From UHGV virus genome UHGV-0178594: a stretch of DNA of 64,000 nt; one strand, given 5' to 3'. Position 1 is the stretch's first letter. Each line of letters starts with the position of its first letter. Shown piece after piece: positions 18,759 to 28,296 of this stretch. Under the pieces are notes generated by a model. The model was not told where the DNA came from. It searched no databases and saw only the letters and a list, made by a program, of their open reading frames with translations. The translations under genes and the position numbers were made by a program. The stretch is from a virus.

Positions 18759-19203
18759 CTATCAAGAACTGCGCGAGGCGGCGGAACAGGCAACGCAAGA
18801 TGAATGGGTAGCATATATTTTGCCGGGTCATAACGGCATTTATCCTGCGCGCACGTCTGAGGGTAGGCATTGCGGATACTTTATTGACTGGCCTGGTATT
18901 GATGGGCTGAGAAACGCTGGTGCCAATGCCCGTTATATCGCGGCTATCCCACCAAAAGTTGCTCTGGCGCTACTGGGCGAAATTAAGCGCCTGGAAGACG
19001 CAAATATTGATGCCATGTGCCGAATTGCAGAACTGGAGAGCAATCGCGCGACGCTGGCGGCGGAGCAGCGTATTCAGATTGCAATAAATGAACTGGTTGC
19101 TCTGGCCCCGCGCCTGGATAAACGAGCGATGGATGCACTCTCTGTGACTGTGGTGCACCTGTATAAACTGATTAATAAGGAGGCAACCAGTGAGCGAAAT
19201 TAA
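18745..19203 (+). CDS. Ead/Ea22-like protein
   Basis: N-terminus (V)IKINYQELREAAEQ; internal ELESNRATLAAEQ. Confidence 0.5.
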   Translation: MIKINYQELREAAEQATQDEWVAYILPGHNGIYPARTSEGRHCGYFIDWPGIDGLRNAGANARYIAAIPPKVALALLGEIKRLEDANIDAMCRIAELESNRATLAAEQRIQIAINELVALAPRLDKRAMDALSVTVVHLYKLINKEATSERN

Positions 19204-19888
19204 TTACCAGGCACTGCGTGAGGCGGCAGTGAAAGCAACGTGGGGAGACTGGGACTCATATAAACCACACCGTGGCGCACGTGGTTATGAGGTCCGACTA
19301 AGTAGTCAGGCCATTGCGCAACACGTTCTGAAAAACAACGCTGAATTTATTGCTGCCTTTAATCCCAAGGTTGCTTTGGCACTACTGGATGAGATCAACG
19401 CATTAGAGGAAACGCGTATCAACGATGTTTGCCGTATTGTGGAACTAACAAAACAACTGGAGTCGGCAAAATCAAAACTCAACGAGCAGCGCGAGCATTA
19501 CGAGGGAGTAATCGCGGATGGAGGTAAGCGCATAGCAGAACTGGAAAAACAATGCGCTGAATCGGAGCGAAAAGCATTAAGCAACTTTGAAGAGTGTGCT
19601 GCGATGGCTGAACGTATCGAAGAGTTGGAGCAGGCCAACACAAGACAGGACGCCAATATAAACCACCAGCAGGAGGGCGTGACTCAATCAGTCACCCGAT
19701 ACATATATCACTACAACGCAGTGAATGGTTCTGACTCTATGTCTGGAATTGCGCGGTTAACTTTCATGATCAAATCACAATCTGACCTTGACGCACTTAA
19801 AAGCGCACTTAGCAAGGTTGGTGGTTTCCGTGCAAAAGCAATTACATCTCTTTCATATCTTGGGTGTGAGGAAGATAGCAAACGATGA
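19190..19888 (+). CDS. Ead/Ea22-like protein
   Basis: N-terminus [13 protein letters not shown]; shares [25 protein letters not shown] with 13055 ORF. Confidence 0.5.
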   Translation: MSEINYQALREAAVKATWGDWDSYKPHRGARGYEVRLSSQAIAQHVLKNNAEFIAAFNPKVALALLDEINALEETRINDVCRIVELTKQLESAKSKLNEQREHYEGVIADGGKRIAELEKQCAESERKALSNFEECAAMAERIEELEQANTRQDANINHQQEGVTQSVTRYIYHYNAVNGSDSMSGIARLTFMIKSQSDLDALKSALSKVGGFRAKAITSLSYLGCEEDSKR

Positions 19889-20418
19889 AAGAAGGATTTA
19901 AAGATAATTCAGGTGCAGCGCAAAACACTGGAGAAATCATTGAGGCATTTAATGGGGAGGAAATGCCCACTTTATTCAGAAAAGAATATCCGCGAAAGAG
20001 TAGAGCACTAGAATTGCTGTTTATCATTCTGTTTTTCGTGTTGCTGATACCAATAGCCTCAATATTAGTGACTGTTCTAATGGGGAAAGTATTTGAACCG
20101 TTAGTTGAACTGTATATCGATATAGTGTGGACCCCATTCAGGAAGCTACACAATAAAATTAACCCACATAAGGAAACAGATATGGCAACTTTGAAAAAAG
20201 AAGATCGTTTTACCAAAAAACAAATCGCCGAGGCAAAAATCCTCGATAACAACGGAACCTACTTCATCAACGGTTCCATTCTTCCTGTTTATATCAATGA
20301 AGATGGAGACACTTACCTTATTGAAGAGTACGAAAAAGGCGAGCCGAGCGAACACCTCATTAAAGATTTGTTCGCGGATGGCGTTATTGTTGCTGTTAAT
20401 CCGATTGGCTACAACTAA
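19885..20418 (+). CDS. hypothetical AT-rich membrane protein (possibly two small genes)
   Basis: Hydrophobic segment LLFIILFFVLLIPIASILVTVLMG; second possible start at MATLKK (~20182). Confidence 0.35.
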   Translation: MKEGFKDNSGAAQNTGEIIEAFNGEEMPTLFRKEYPRKSRALELLFIILFFVLLIPIASILVTVLMGKVFEPLVELYIDIVWTPFRKLHNKINPHKETDMATLKKEDRFTKKQIAEAKILDNNGTYFINGSILPVYINEDGDTYLIEEYEKGEPSEHLIKDLFADGVIVAVNPIGYN

Positions 20419-20428
20419 AGCATAAATT

Positions 20429-20941
20429 ATGACCAGTATTACCAGAGAACAGGCCAAGAAAATTATTGAAGCTGCCGATGAGGTTATTAGTGCGCTTGCC
20501 GGAACTAACGAGGATGTTCACCCTGGTAGCGATAACATGCTACGTCTGTGGGATGACCTGAATGACCGTTACGCGCCGCCGGAAGTTGTGCGTGAGCTGG
20601 CGCGTATCGTGCTGGCATCGCTGGAAGCGGAGCCTGTAGCGTGGCGATATCGCTACGTGAAAAAAGGCGTTACGGACTCTCAGGGGGAGCCGTGGGTTGG
20701 TGACTGGAAATATGTACCGACAAAAGAGGATTGCAACGACAGGCCGAGCTATGAGATTCAGGCCTTATTCACTGCCCCGCCAGTCCCGGTGACATCAGAA
20801 GGACTGGTTAAAGCCGTGCGTTTCTATGAACAAGTTAAGCGTGAAAATCCGCCAGTCGAAACCGGAGCATGGAAAGACGCGATTGACTGGGTGCTCAAAG
20901 AGGCCTGCCAGGTTGTAAACACTGGCATCAAAGGAGACTGA
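20429..20941 (+). CDS. hypothetical protein
   Basis: 170 aa; shares LASLEAEPVA...PPVPVT module with 21149 ORF. Confidence 0.45.
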   Translation: MTSITREQAKKIIEAADEVISALAGTNEDVHPGSDNMLRLWDDLNDRYAPPEVVRELARIVLASLEAEPVAWRYRYVKKGVTDSQGEPWVGDWKYVPTKEDCNDRPSYEIQALFTAPPVPVTSEGLVKAVRFYEQVKRENPPVETGAWKDAIDWVLKEACQVVNTGIKGD

Positions 20942-20942
20942 T

Positions 20943-21152
20943 ATGGCTATTGCCGCAAGTTACACCATGCATCTCTATTGTGATTGCCTCCAGTGTACAG
21001 ATGGCAAATATAAGTCGCCAGACTTCGGTGAGTATATCGGTACGTCATGGGCTGGCTGTGCAAAAGAGGCGCGCAAAGATGGCTGGCGAATAAGCAAAGA
21101 CAAAACGCGTGCTTTTGCGCCCGGGCATAAAGTTTTGAGGATTAACAAATGA
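20943..21152 (+). CDS. hypothetical small Cys-rich protein
   Basis: 69 aa; CDCLQC...C. Confidence 0.4.
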   Translation: MAIAASYTMHLYCDCLQCTDGKYKSPDFGEYIGTSWAGCAKEARKDGWRISKDKTRAFAPGHKVLRINK

Positions 21153-22213
21153 CCACTTTAACCGACAAAGAACTGATTAAAGAAATCAAAGAGCGAATCG
21201 GCAGCCTGGACGTGCGAGACAATATTGAGCGCCGTGCTTATGAAATTGCTCTGGCATCGCTGGAGGCAGAGCCAGTGGCAAAAATTATAGCTCACTACCC
21301 ATTAGGAATTGACGTAGGCAAACAAAAGTTCGTACAGGCCATTGGAGAGCTTCCTGACTTTGGAGGATATCTATTCGCCGCTCCACCTGTGCCGGTAACA
21401 CAGGCTAATGTCGCGCAAGCAATTGAAAATCTTAAGCAGAAGTTAGTGGAATGCAATCGCTATAACTACTGCGCAGATGCAGTTAAAGATGTTGAGGATG
21501 CCAGCCGCGTCTTGGCACTCCAAAATCAAAATATGTCAGCACCGATAACGCAGGAGGCCATTGAAAACGCAATTGAATATATCCGCAGTATTGCTTTTCA
21601 CATCGATGAAGACGATTACCACGGCAAGCATATTGCGTATTTCATGCGACAAGCACTGGTCTGGCTGGAAGGGCATTCATGCAGCGACGACAGACAGGAT
21701 AAAGCCGAGAATCAACCAGTACGCGGTAACCAGGCTGCCGAATCCAATCGCGGTAATGAGTGGACCGGCAATCCTGATATTGATAACGCCATCATCATGC
21801 TTGACCGCATAGATACGGCGGAAAGTTACGATGATGACCGTATTGAGGCTGTTAAGGCTGTTTTGCGTAGACTGGCAGGCAACTCTCCGGTAATTCCGGA
21901 TGGTTTATCCACGGTATGCGCTGAGGCTTATCAGGTTGTAGGAGTTATGGCAGATGCGCTTGGTGTATTCGGTGATGCAGCAGTACAGAAAGTTCTGGAT
22001 AACCTGTCACAGCAAAAACTTGTTCACAGAGATGTGCTGCCGTTCTCGCTTCCGGTAACTCCGGATGGTTGGGTTATGGTTCCTAAACAGGTAACGCCGG
22101 AAATCAGCAACGCGATAAACGTTGTGGGTCAACGCTGTACATGCGGAAATTGCTCTCAGCGGTTGTGGGATTTATTACTCGACGCCACACAGCAAGGAGT
22201 TAACCGTGGCTAA
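21149..22213 (+). CDS. hypothetical protein
   Basis: 354 aa; ATGA-coupled; N-terminal module paralogous to 20429 ORF. Confidence 0.5.
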   Translation: MTTLTDKELIKEIKERIGSLDVRDNIERRAYEIALASLEAEPVAKIIAHYPLGIDVGKQKFVQAIGELPDFGGYLFAAPPVPVTQANVAQAIENLKQKLVECNRYNYCADAVKDVEDASRVLALQNQNMSAPITQEAIENAIEYIRSIAFHIDEDDYHGKHIAYFMRQALVWLEGHSCSDDRQDKAENQPVRGNQAAESNRGNEWTGNPDIDNAIIMLDRIDTAESYDDDRIEAVKAVLRRLAGNSPVIPDGLSTVCAEAYQVVGVMADALGVFGDAAVQKVLDNLSQQKLVHRDVLPFSLPVTPDGWVMVPKQVTPEISNAINVVGQRCTCGNCSQRLWDLLLDATQQGVNRG

Positions 22214-22389
22214 CCTGCAACTTATCCTCAAAGGTGAAAAGATTTGAGGATTCGCATCATTAATAACACCGACAAGCATCCGGATGATTATTTGGATTGC
22301 TCGTTAGCAGAGCGCGTGGAATTGATATAAGAGAATCTCCGCGCATCGGCAACACACAGCTAAATATGTTCGCAATAAAGGGTAAATCA

Positions 22390-22791
22390 ATGGCTAAATT
22401 TCGGAGAACTATTATTTTTCTGGCAATGTTATCTGCCTGCCATTTATCACATGCATCGGTTATTGTTGCAACCGCCGCAACAACGGCAGCAATTAGCGCC
22501 TCAGCCGCAAGCGAGCAGGAGCAACGCACTGCAATCAATGCATCCGCAAATACTACCACTGTAGCAGTCACGCAAGATAAGCCAAATATAGGCTTTGTTA
22601 CTTGCGGAAAACGGTATGGAGAGACGGTCGGTTCTCTTGGTTGCGCAGTGTGGCATGACGAACGAGCAGAAATTCCGTGGAAATCATGGCCTGGTTACAT
22701 TCTTGGCGAAAAGATACCCACCAGCTATGAAGTAAATGCTATTTCGTTCGACCAATATAACAGAGTCGCAACGGTCTACTTTTCTTATTAA
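22390..22791 (+). CDS. secreted protein (signal peptide)
   Basis: Internal start gives MAKFRRTIIFLAMLSACHLSHA signal-like N-terminus. Confidence 0.4.
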   Translation: MAKFRRTIIFLAMLSACHLSHASVIVATAATTAAISASAASEQEQRTAINASANTTTVAVTQDKPNIGFVTCGKRYGETVGSLGCAVWHDERAEIPWKSWPGYILGEKIPTSYEVNAISFDQYNRVATVYFSY

Positions 22792-22797
22792 CACGGA

Positions 22798-23097
22798 GTG
22801 ATTATGTGGCGCGGTAATAATCATGGCAGAAGCCATATGATACTTACCGAATATAAGCTAGACCACAAAACCAATAAATCACGCTCAGTATATTTGCTCC
22901 GGCACAATAGCCGCGTAAGGAATACCGTGCTGGAGCAATATCTGACCGTTGAAATGGATAATTTCGGGAATTTCAAGCCAACAATATCGCTTGATGATTT
23001 CCCTCGTGGTTTAAGCGAAAGAGAAGCAATGCTGAAATTAGCAGAATGGCTACAAAGATTGAGCATTGTTATTGAAGATAACTGGAGTCAACCATAA
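22798..23097 (+). CDS. hypothetical protein
   Basis: 99-aa ORF. Confidence 0.4.
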   Translation: MIMWRGNNHGRSHMILTEYKLDHKTNKSRSVYLLRHNSRVRNTVLEQYLTVEMDNFGNFKPTISLDDFPRGLSEREAMLKLAEWLQRLSIVIEDNWSQP

Positions 23098-23273
23098 TGA
23101 AAAACAGAAAGAAATTTTGGATTACTTTTTTGTTTGTATGCCTTTGCGGTTCATTTGTTTTGTTGGCTGGTGGTGTTGAATGGGGAACGATGGGATGTGG
23201 AGTTGGGAGTGGCTTTACGCTTCTTGCAGCCTGGGTTATCGCTGGCGTTCAGTCTGGAGGAGGGTATTACTAA
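23097..23273 (+). CDS. small hydrophobic protein (58 aa)
   Basis: Hand-found ORF below track cutoff, MKNRKKFWITFLFVCLCGSFVLLAGG...; start overlaps upstream stop. Confidence 0.3.
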   Translation: MKNRKKFWITFLFVCLCGSFVLLAGGVEWGTMGCGVGSGFTLLAAWVIAGVQSGGGYY

Positions 23274-23352
23274 GTAATTTTATTACCCCCTTCATAACGG
23301 ATATCACTCTCGTGATAACGGATATTCCAATTTTGATAACGGATAAAGCCAA

Positions 23353-23562
23353 ATGAGGCATTTTTTAAGGCTGGCATTTGTTCTGGCGCTATTTGCTCCT
23401 CCGGCTGCGATGGCTGGAGAACAGCAGCACTGTGTAACTGAATCAGAGAATCTTGTAATAGTCACTCAATGCGATGACGGAACGGTGACCGTGGTTAATG
23501 TACGAGATAACCGTGTAGCCGTGTGTCGTAAAGGCGAATCATGCAAGGAGATAAAGCTATGA
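23353..23562 (+). CDS. small secreted protein
   Basis: MRHFLRLAFVLALFAPPAAMA signal-like N-terminus, Cys-rich mature part. Confidence 0.4.
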   Translation: MRHFLRLAFVLALFAPPAAMAGEQQHCVTESENLVIVTQCDDGTVTVVNVRDNRVAVCRKGESCKEIKL

Positions 23563-24323
23563 CCAAAATCACTAAAGAGCGTATATCAGAGATTATTTCC
23601 CGTATCGAAATGTATGGTCACGGTGCTGGATATACGGCAGATGAAGTATTGGCGCTTGCCAAAATAGCGTTAGCGCCTTGCAAGGATGGTAACGGAATGA
23701 CACTGATTGACTTTTTAGTGAAGGAATTATCTAAGGGAGCTGGATGGCCTGATGGAAAAGATTTTTGCTATCTACCCATTCCGCTGGCAGGTTGTAGTTG
23801 GGCTACGGTTCGTTTTGATACGCGCCATAAAAATTACCAATCATCAAAGAATTATTCCTTTGATGGCATTATTTGCGATATCAGTGACCTTGATCGCAGT
23901 GCGTTTACATCGGTTGTCACTCGTGAACAATATGAAGCAGCTCGCATAGCGTCTCAGAAAGTCGAGTTCAATGGTGATGAACTTGAAAGTAAGGCTTACA
24001 AGTTAGATTTTGAGCAATGGCTGGAACAGCAACGCGGGAAAATCGATGTGGACTGCGGTTGTGTGTCTGCGGAAACATTCATGCACTGGTTGCGGGTAGC
24101 TTATGAGGCTGGCAACCATCCGGATTTTCCGGATAGTTCCCAACAATCGCCCAAGAAAAGCGTAAAAACCTCTCTGGAAAGAGGCTATCTTGAGGCCGCA
24201 TTAAAGATTAAGCCGGGCCATACGCTAGGCGTCATTGATGCCATGTTGGTTCATGAAATGGCTAAGGCTTTATTGCCACTGGTAGCAGATCAACATGAGG
24301 CGAGTCATGCCAACGAAAGCTGA
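23559..24323 (+). CDS. hypothetical protein
   Basis: ATGA-coupled start (MTKITKERIS). Confidence 0.45.
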   Translation: MTKITKERISEIISRIEMYGHGAGYTADEVLALAKIALAPCKDGNGMTLIDFLVKELSKGAGWPDGKDFCYLPIPLAGCSWATVRFDTRHKNYQSSKNYSFDGIICDISDLDRSAFTSVVTREQYEAARIASQKVEFNGDELESKAYKLDFEQWLEQQRGKIDVDCGCVSAETFMHWLRVAYEAGNHPDFPDSSQQSPKKSVKTSLERGYLEAALKIKPGHTLGVIDAMLVHEMAKALLPLVADQHEASHANES

Positions 24324-24591
24324 ACTACAGACGCGTGTAGAGGAACTTGAAAAAGAGAACACTGGCCTCAAAAAAATGCTGGCACGGGCAGAAAGGGAGT
24401 TATCTGGCAAACTTCTGCCAGAAGAACTGCCACCAGCAGATATACCAAAGCGAGTGTCTCGGTGGATGAAGTCTTTTTGTTTGCCGTGGGAGGCGTTTTG
24501 GTGCTACGACCATCGCAGATGGTGTGATGAACTTGATAGCAGTTTTCCCTACTTTGCGGAAGGTAACACCTGCCCTCAATGCAGGGGATAG
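24295..24591 (+). CDS. hypothetical protein
   Basis: 98-aa ORF with coiled-coil N-terminus and Cys-rich C-terminus. Confidence 0.35.
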   Translation: MRRVMPTKAELQTRVEELEKENTGLKKMLARAERELSGKLLPEELPPADIPKRVSRWMKSFCLPWEAFWCYDHRRWCDELDSSFPYFAEGNTCPQCRG

Positions 24592-24926
24592 CATTTAACG
24601 AAATCGATCACCCTATCCTGAACTTCGGAAAGAAGGTATTTTTCACGAGCCAGGACGTCAGGATATTGACGTTCTGGCCTTACCAGATGCCGGAGCTTCC
24701 CATTAAGCAGAATGGCCTCAGAAAACACTTTTACGCTGTGCTTTATCCCCTCTGTTTCACTTTTCAGCGTCAAAATAAAGCGCAATTGCTTGTTAGCCTG
24801 ATTCAGATTCAATACCCGAATTTGCAGTTCGTCTATGCTATTTCGCAATGGGATTGATGCCACCACACTGGTGCAGTCTCTGATTGTCTGAATTGAACGG
24901 CTAACATTGAGAACGTTATTGTGCAT
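24576..24926 (-). CDS. hypothetical protein (paralog of 25234..25584)
   Basis: Shared N-terminal motif ...SIQTIRDCTSVVASIP vs ...SMQTIRTNTAVVDSFP. Confidence 0.45.
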   Translation of the reverse strand: MHNNVLNVSRSIQTIRDCTSVVASIPLRNSIDELQIRVLNLNQANKQLRFILTLKSETEGIKHSVKVFSEAILLNGKLRHLVRPERQYPDVLAREKYLLSEVQDRVIDFVKCYPLH

Positions 24927-24958
24927 GTGCCTGATCCACTAACTCCGGGAGGTTTCTT

Positions 24959-25231
24959 GTGTCAGATCGAAATATAGCAGCTAAAAGCAAGGAAGAGCGA
25001 GACAAGGTGAACGTAGACCTTGCCGCCAGCGGCGTTGCTTACAAAGAACGGCTGAATATACCTGTGATTGCAGAGCAGGTGGCCCGTGAGCAACCGGAAA
25101 ACCTGCGCGCCTATTTCATGGAACGGCTACGGCACTACCGGCTGTTAAGCCTCCAGTTGCCAAAAGGGAGCGATCCGGTGTATCAGAACGAGGATGCGAA
25201 AAAAAATAACGGCAAGATGGGGGAGACTTAA
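24959..25231 (+). CDS. hypothetical protein
   Basis: 90-aa ORF between inverted paralogs. Confidence 0.4.
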   Translation: MSDRNIAAKSKEERDKVNVDLAASGVAYKERLNIPVIAEQVAREQPENLRAYFMERLRHYRLLSLQLPKGSDPVYQNEDAKKNNGKMGET

Positions 25232-25233
25232 AC

Positions 25234-25584
25234 ATGCTTAACTATCACGACAACACGCGTTCTATGCAGACAATCCGCACCAATACAGCGGTGGTCGATA
25301 GCTTTCCTGTACATACTCAAGGCCGTGAAGATACCGTGGAAGTGCGACGCATGTTGTGTCGCCGGTCACCGGGCCACCAGCACTTCATCGTAACGTTTAA
25401 AAGCGATGTAGAGCGCGCCGAGAAAATCTCTAACTCCACATCTCTGGTTAAGCCGTTAGCGGAGGTTATTGTGCGCAACAATAAGGCGCGCTTTGTCCTT
25501 GAGGAGCATCATTCTGATTTTAATGAAAAAATCGAGTCAAGCATTTTGCAATATATGAATGGCACGTTCACGCCACCAATGTGA
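25234..25584 (+). CDS. hypothetical protein (paralog of 24576..24926)
   Basis: See paralog; ATGA-like coupling with upstream ORF. Confidence 0.45.
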   Translation: MLNYHDNTRSMQTIRTNTAVVDSFPVHTQGREDTVEVRRMLCRRSPGHQHFIVTFKSDVERAEKISNSTSLVKPLAEVIVRNNKARFVLEEHHSDFNEKIESSILQYMNGTFTPPM

Positions 25585-25645
25585 TTAGCCCCCAGCGTGG
25601 CGCGCGTACAAACCCCGCTTTCACAAACTATGCCTTTTCAATGTA

Positions 25646-25665
25646 TACTGTATGAATAAACAGTA
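25646..25665. promoter_or_regulatory. LexA box (SOS operator) upstream of umuD-like gene
   Basis: TACTGTATGAATAAACAGTA matches CTGT-N8-ACAG consensus, ~20 bp upstream of ORF start. Confidence 0.75.
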
Positions 25666-25683
25666 TTATTGAGGTAAAACGCT

Positions 25684-26073
25684 ATGGGCTTCCCTTCTCC
25701 TGCGGCGGATTATGCAGAGAGCCGTATTTCTCTTGATCAGCAACTAATCAGACATCCTTCTGCGACCTACTTCATGCGGGCGGCAGACAGCCATCACCGT
25801 GAGGGAATATTGCAAGGTGCTTTGCTGGTGGTTGATTCCTCACTTACTCCGGTTGATGGTTCACTGCTTATATGCGCTATGGAGGGTGAATATCGCATAA
25901 AGAGATACAGGAAGTATCCGCGCCAGCACCTGGAGGATTTAAGCACCGGGAAGAAAGAGGCGTTACCAGTGGATGACGATGGATACACGGGCAGTAATGC
26001 TGTTTTTGGTGTGATCACTCATGTCATCAATGATGCCCGAAGTGGGGAATTTGATGATTGTCCGGTTATTTAA
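25684..26073 (+). CDS. UmuD'-like protein (P1 HumD-like, S24 peptidase fold)
   Basis: Strong similarity to UmuD core (GFPSPAADY...HPSATYF...VFGVITHV); 129 aa; LexA box upstream; no umuC adjacent. Confidence 0.7.
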   Translation: MGFPSPAADYAESRISLDQQLIRHPSATYFMRAADSHHREGILQGALLVVDSSLTPVDGSLLICAMEGEYRIKRYRKYPRQHLEDLSTGKKEALPVDDDGYTGSNAVFGVITHVINDARSGEFDDCPVI

Positions 26074-26145
26074 GCTGCAAAGTGCTGGTGCTTTATGCCT
26101 GTGAAGTTTATAATTGTGTACACATAACGAGTACACGAGGTGTTT

Positions 26146-26367
26146 ATGCAATCCATTAACTTCCGTACCGCGCGCGGCAACCTTTCTGAAGTGCTCAACA
26201 ATGTTGAAGCCGGGGAAGAGGTTGAAATCACCCGCAGAGGCCGTGAGCCAGCAGTAATTGTCAGCAAGGCTACTTTCGAAGCCTACAAAAAAGCGGCGCT
26301 GGATGCTGAATTTGCATCCCTGTTTGACACCCTGGACTCCACCAACAAGGAACTGGTTAACCGATAA
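26146..26367 (+). CDS. phd: Phd antitoxin (prevent-host-death)
   Basis: [39 protein letters not shown] matches P1 Phd as I recall it. Confidence 0.85.
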   Translation: MQSINFRTARGNLSEVLNNVEAGEEVEITRRGREPAVIVSKATFEAYKKAALDAEFASLFDTLDSTNKELVNR

Positions 26368-26747
26368 TGAGGCATATATCACCGGAAGAACTTATTGCGC
26401 TTCATGATGCGAATATAAACCGCTACGGCGGCCTGCCGGGAATGTCAGATCCGGGTAGGGCAGAGGCCATTATCGGGAGAGTTCAGGCAAGAGTTGCCTA
26501 CGAAGAGATCACCGACCTTTTCGAAGTCTCCGCAACCTACCTGGTGGCTACAGCGAGAGGGCATATATTCAATGATGCCAATAAGCGTACCGCGCTAAAC
26601 AGTGCGCTGCTATTTCTACGCCGTAACGGTATACAGGTATATGATTCTCCCGTGCTGGTGGAACTTGCGGTGGGGGCTGCAACTGGTGAAATCCCCGTAT
26701 CTTCAGTAGCGGAAAAACTACGTGAACTATATGGTTCCAATATTTGA
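26367..26747 (+). CDS. doc: Doc toxin (death-on-curing, Fic fold)
   Basis: [17 protein letters not shown]...[11 protein letters not shown]; ATGA-coupled to phd. Confidence 0.85.
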   Translation: MRHISPEELIALHDANINRYGGLPGMSDPGRAEAIIGRVQARVAYEEITDLFEVSATYLVATARGHIFNDANKRTALNSALLFLRRNGIQVYDSPVLVELAVGAATGEIPVSSVAEKLRELYGSNI

Positions 26748-26776
26748 AAAGAAGCCCGCTCAACCAAGCGGGCTTC
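26746..26776 (-). terminator. rho-independent terminator (minus-strand reading)
   Basis: Hairpin gaagcccgct/gcgggcttc preceded on plus strand by A-run (U-run in minus transcript). Confidence 0.5.
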
Positions 26777-26827
26777 CTACTATCACTCAATGATTTTTTC
26801 TGCTGTCAGCCAGCTAATTTCTTGCTT

Positions 26828-27625
26828 TTAGGCGTCAGCATCAGCATCCTCTGCTTCCACATCTGCCGCGACTTCATCGGACTGTTCTTCTTTGGCCTGT
26901 TCTGCAATCGCCGCACGGCATTTCGCCCTGGCTGTAGCGATGGCCTCAACTTTCACGTCATTAGGAATACTTGAGGTGACATACATATCCAGTTCTTCAG
27001 CACGGAATACTGTTTTGTCCAGGAATTCATCAAGCATCCAGGTTAAGGAAAAGTCGCAGGAAATCAGCTCTACTTCGCCTTCCGCGCCGTTTGGGAAATG
27101 GATAAACATCTGCTTGCCCAAGCCAAGCACGCGACAAGCAGCCATCATTACTGCAAGTTCCAGGTCTTTGTTTTCACCTGCTACTGGTTGATCCACACCA
27201 GTAATAGTGCCGTTCAAATGGATATTATATGGCTGATATTTAGAGATGCGTTCTACACGCCATGTGCCGGTTAAGGTTCCCTGGCGGAAGATTATTGGCG
27301 TGACCGAAAGCGACAGCTCTCGAATGAGTTGTTGTGCTATGGCTGGGTCATACAGGGGATCTAACGCGATGCATCCATAAGACTGCGCCAGTTCAAACAA
27401 TTCTTCCTGTGTGCACTGAATGTCTCTTGCCGTAATAAAACGTCTGACTCCCGTTTTTCCGTCACGCCAGATAGCAATGCCATTCTCACTATCTAACTCT
27501 TCGTCTAAACCCAGGTATGTAAGGATGGTTCGCTCAATGGTGGCAAAGGGCAGGGACATATCATCGTTTACATCCACCAGCAGGCCGTTACGCAGGCGAT
27601 ATTGAATGTTTTTGGTATTTTCCAC
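26828..27625 (-). CDS. hypothetical protein with acidic C-terminal tail
   Basis: 265-aa ORF, last gene of leftward operon starting at cre-like gene. Confidence 0.5.
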   Translation of the reverse strand: MENTKNIQYRLRNGLLVDVNDDMSLPFATIERTILTYLGLDEELDSENGIAIWRDGKTGVRRFITARDIQCTQEELFELAQSYGCIALDPLYDPAIAQQLIRELSLSVTPIIFRQGTLTGTWRVERISKYQPYNIHLNGTITGVDQPVAGENKDLELAVMMAACRVLGLGKQMFIHFPNGAEGEVELISCDFSLTWMLDEFLDKTVFRAEELDMYVTSSIPNDVKVEAIATARAKCRAAIAEQAKEEQSDEVAADVEAEDADADA

Positions 27626-27631
27626 GTTAAA

Positions 27632-28282
27632 TCACTCCACAACAAACCAGTCACAGGCCAGTAAATCATCCACAGACGGCAACCAAACGCTGTCCATATT
27701 TTGTGCATCTTTCAATACAAAATGGTCACCATAAGGAACGTGAATGCCGTGTAAATTGACGCTTCCAGCGAGAACTAACCAGCAGAATTGCTTTTCGCCT
27801 TTCCACTCGCGTCGGGCAACTTTCTTGCCTTCCTTCAACCACATTAGCGCATCAGAGAAGTCGGCTGCTTCAAGGTCGATTTCTTCTTGCTGGGTGGTGA
27901 TGCCACCAGCAGAAATAGTTACGCTCCCAGTAAGATTAATCATTACGCCGTTGTCATCCGTAATGATGACCGTGGTTCCATTTTTGGAGGCGTCGTTAAC
28001 CAGGCCATAGCATTCCTCAAATGGTTTCTCCGGGGCATAGAACAGATAACCGTTTTCATAAACGATCAGATACCCGCCAGTTTTTGGTCGGTGTTTTTGT
28101 AAAAACATTGCGTCAACACAAACTGTTGCCCCTTTTGGTTCAACGAGTTCGATGCAGCCCCAAAGTGGGGCATCAGTTACTCCGAAAATAACAACATTTT
28201 TGATTTTCGATGCACTAACGTTTTTGTGAGCTTTGTATTTGGGAAGGAACTTAAAAAGCTCTTTCGTTGGCATGTTATTCAT
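27632..28282 (-). CDS. hypothetical protein with C-terminal DUF2829-like domain
   Basis: C-terminus FSDALMWLKEGKKVARREW...DWFVVE resembles DUF2829 phage domain. Confidence 0.5.
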   Translation of the reverse strand: MNNMPTKELFKFLPKYKAHKNVSASKIKNVVIFGVTDAPLWGCIELVEPKGATVCVDAMFLQKHRPKTGGYLIVYENGYLFYAPEKPFEECYGLVNDASKNGTTVIITDDNGVMINLTGSVTISAGGITTQQEEIDLEAADFSDALMWLKEGKKVARREWKGEKQFCWLVLAGSVNLHGIHVPYGDHFVLKDAQNMDSVWLPSVDDLLACDWFVVE

Positions 28283-28296
28283 AGCCTTTCCTCTAC

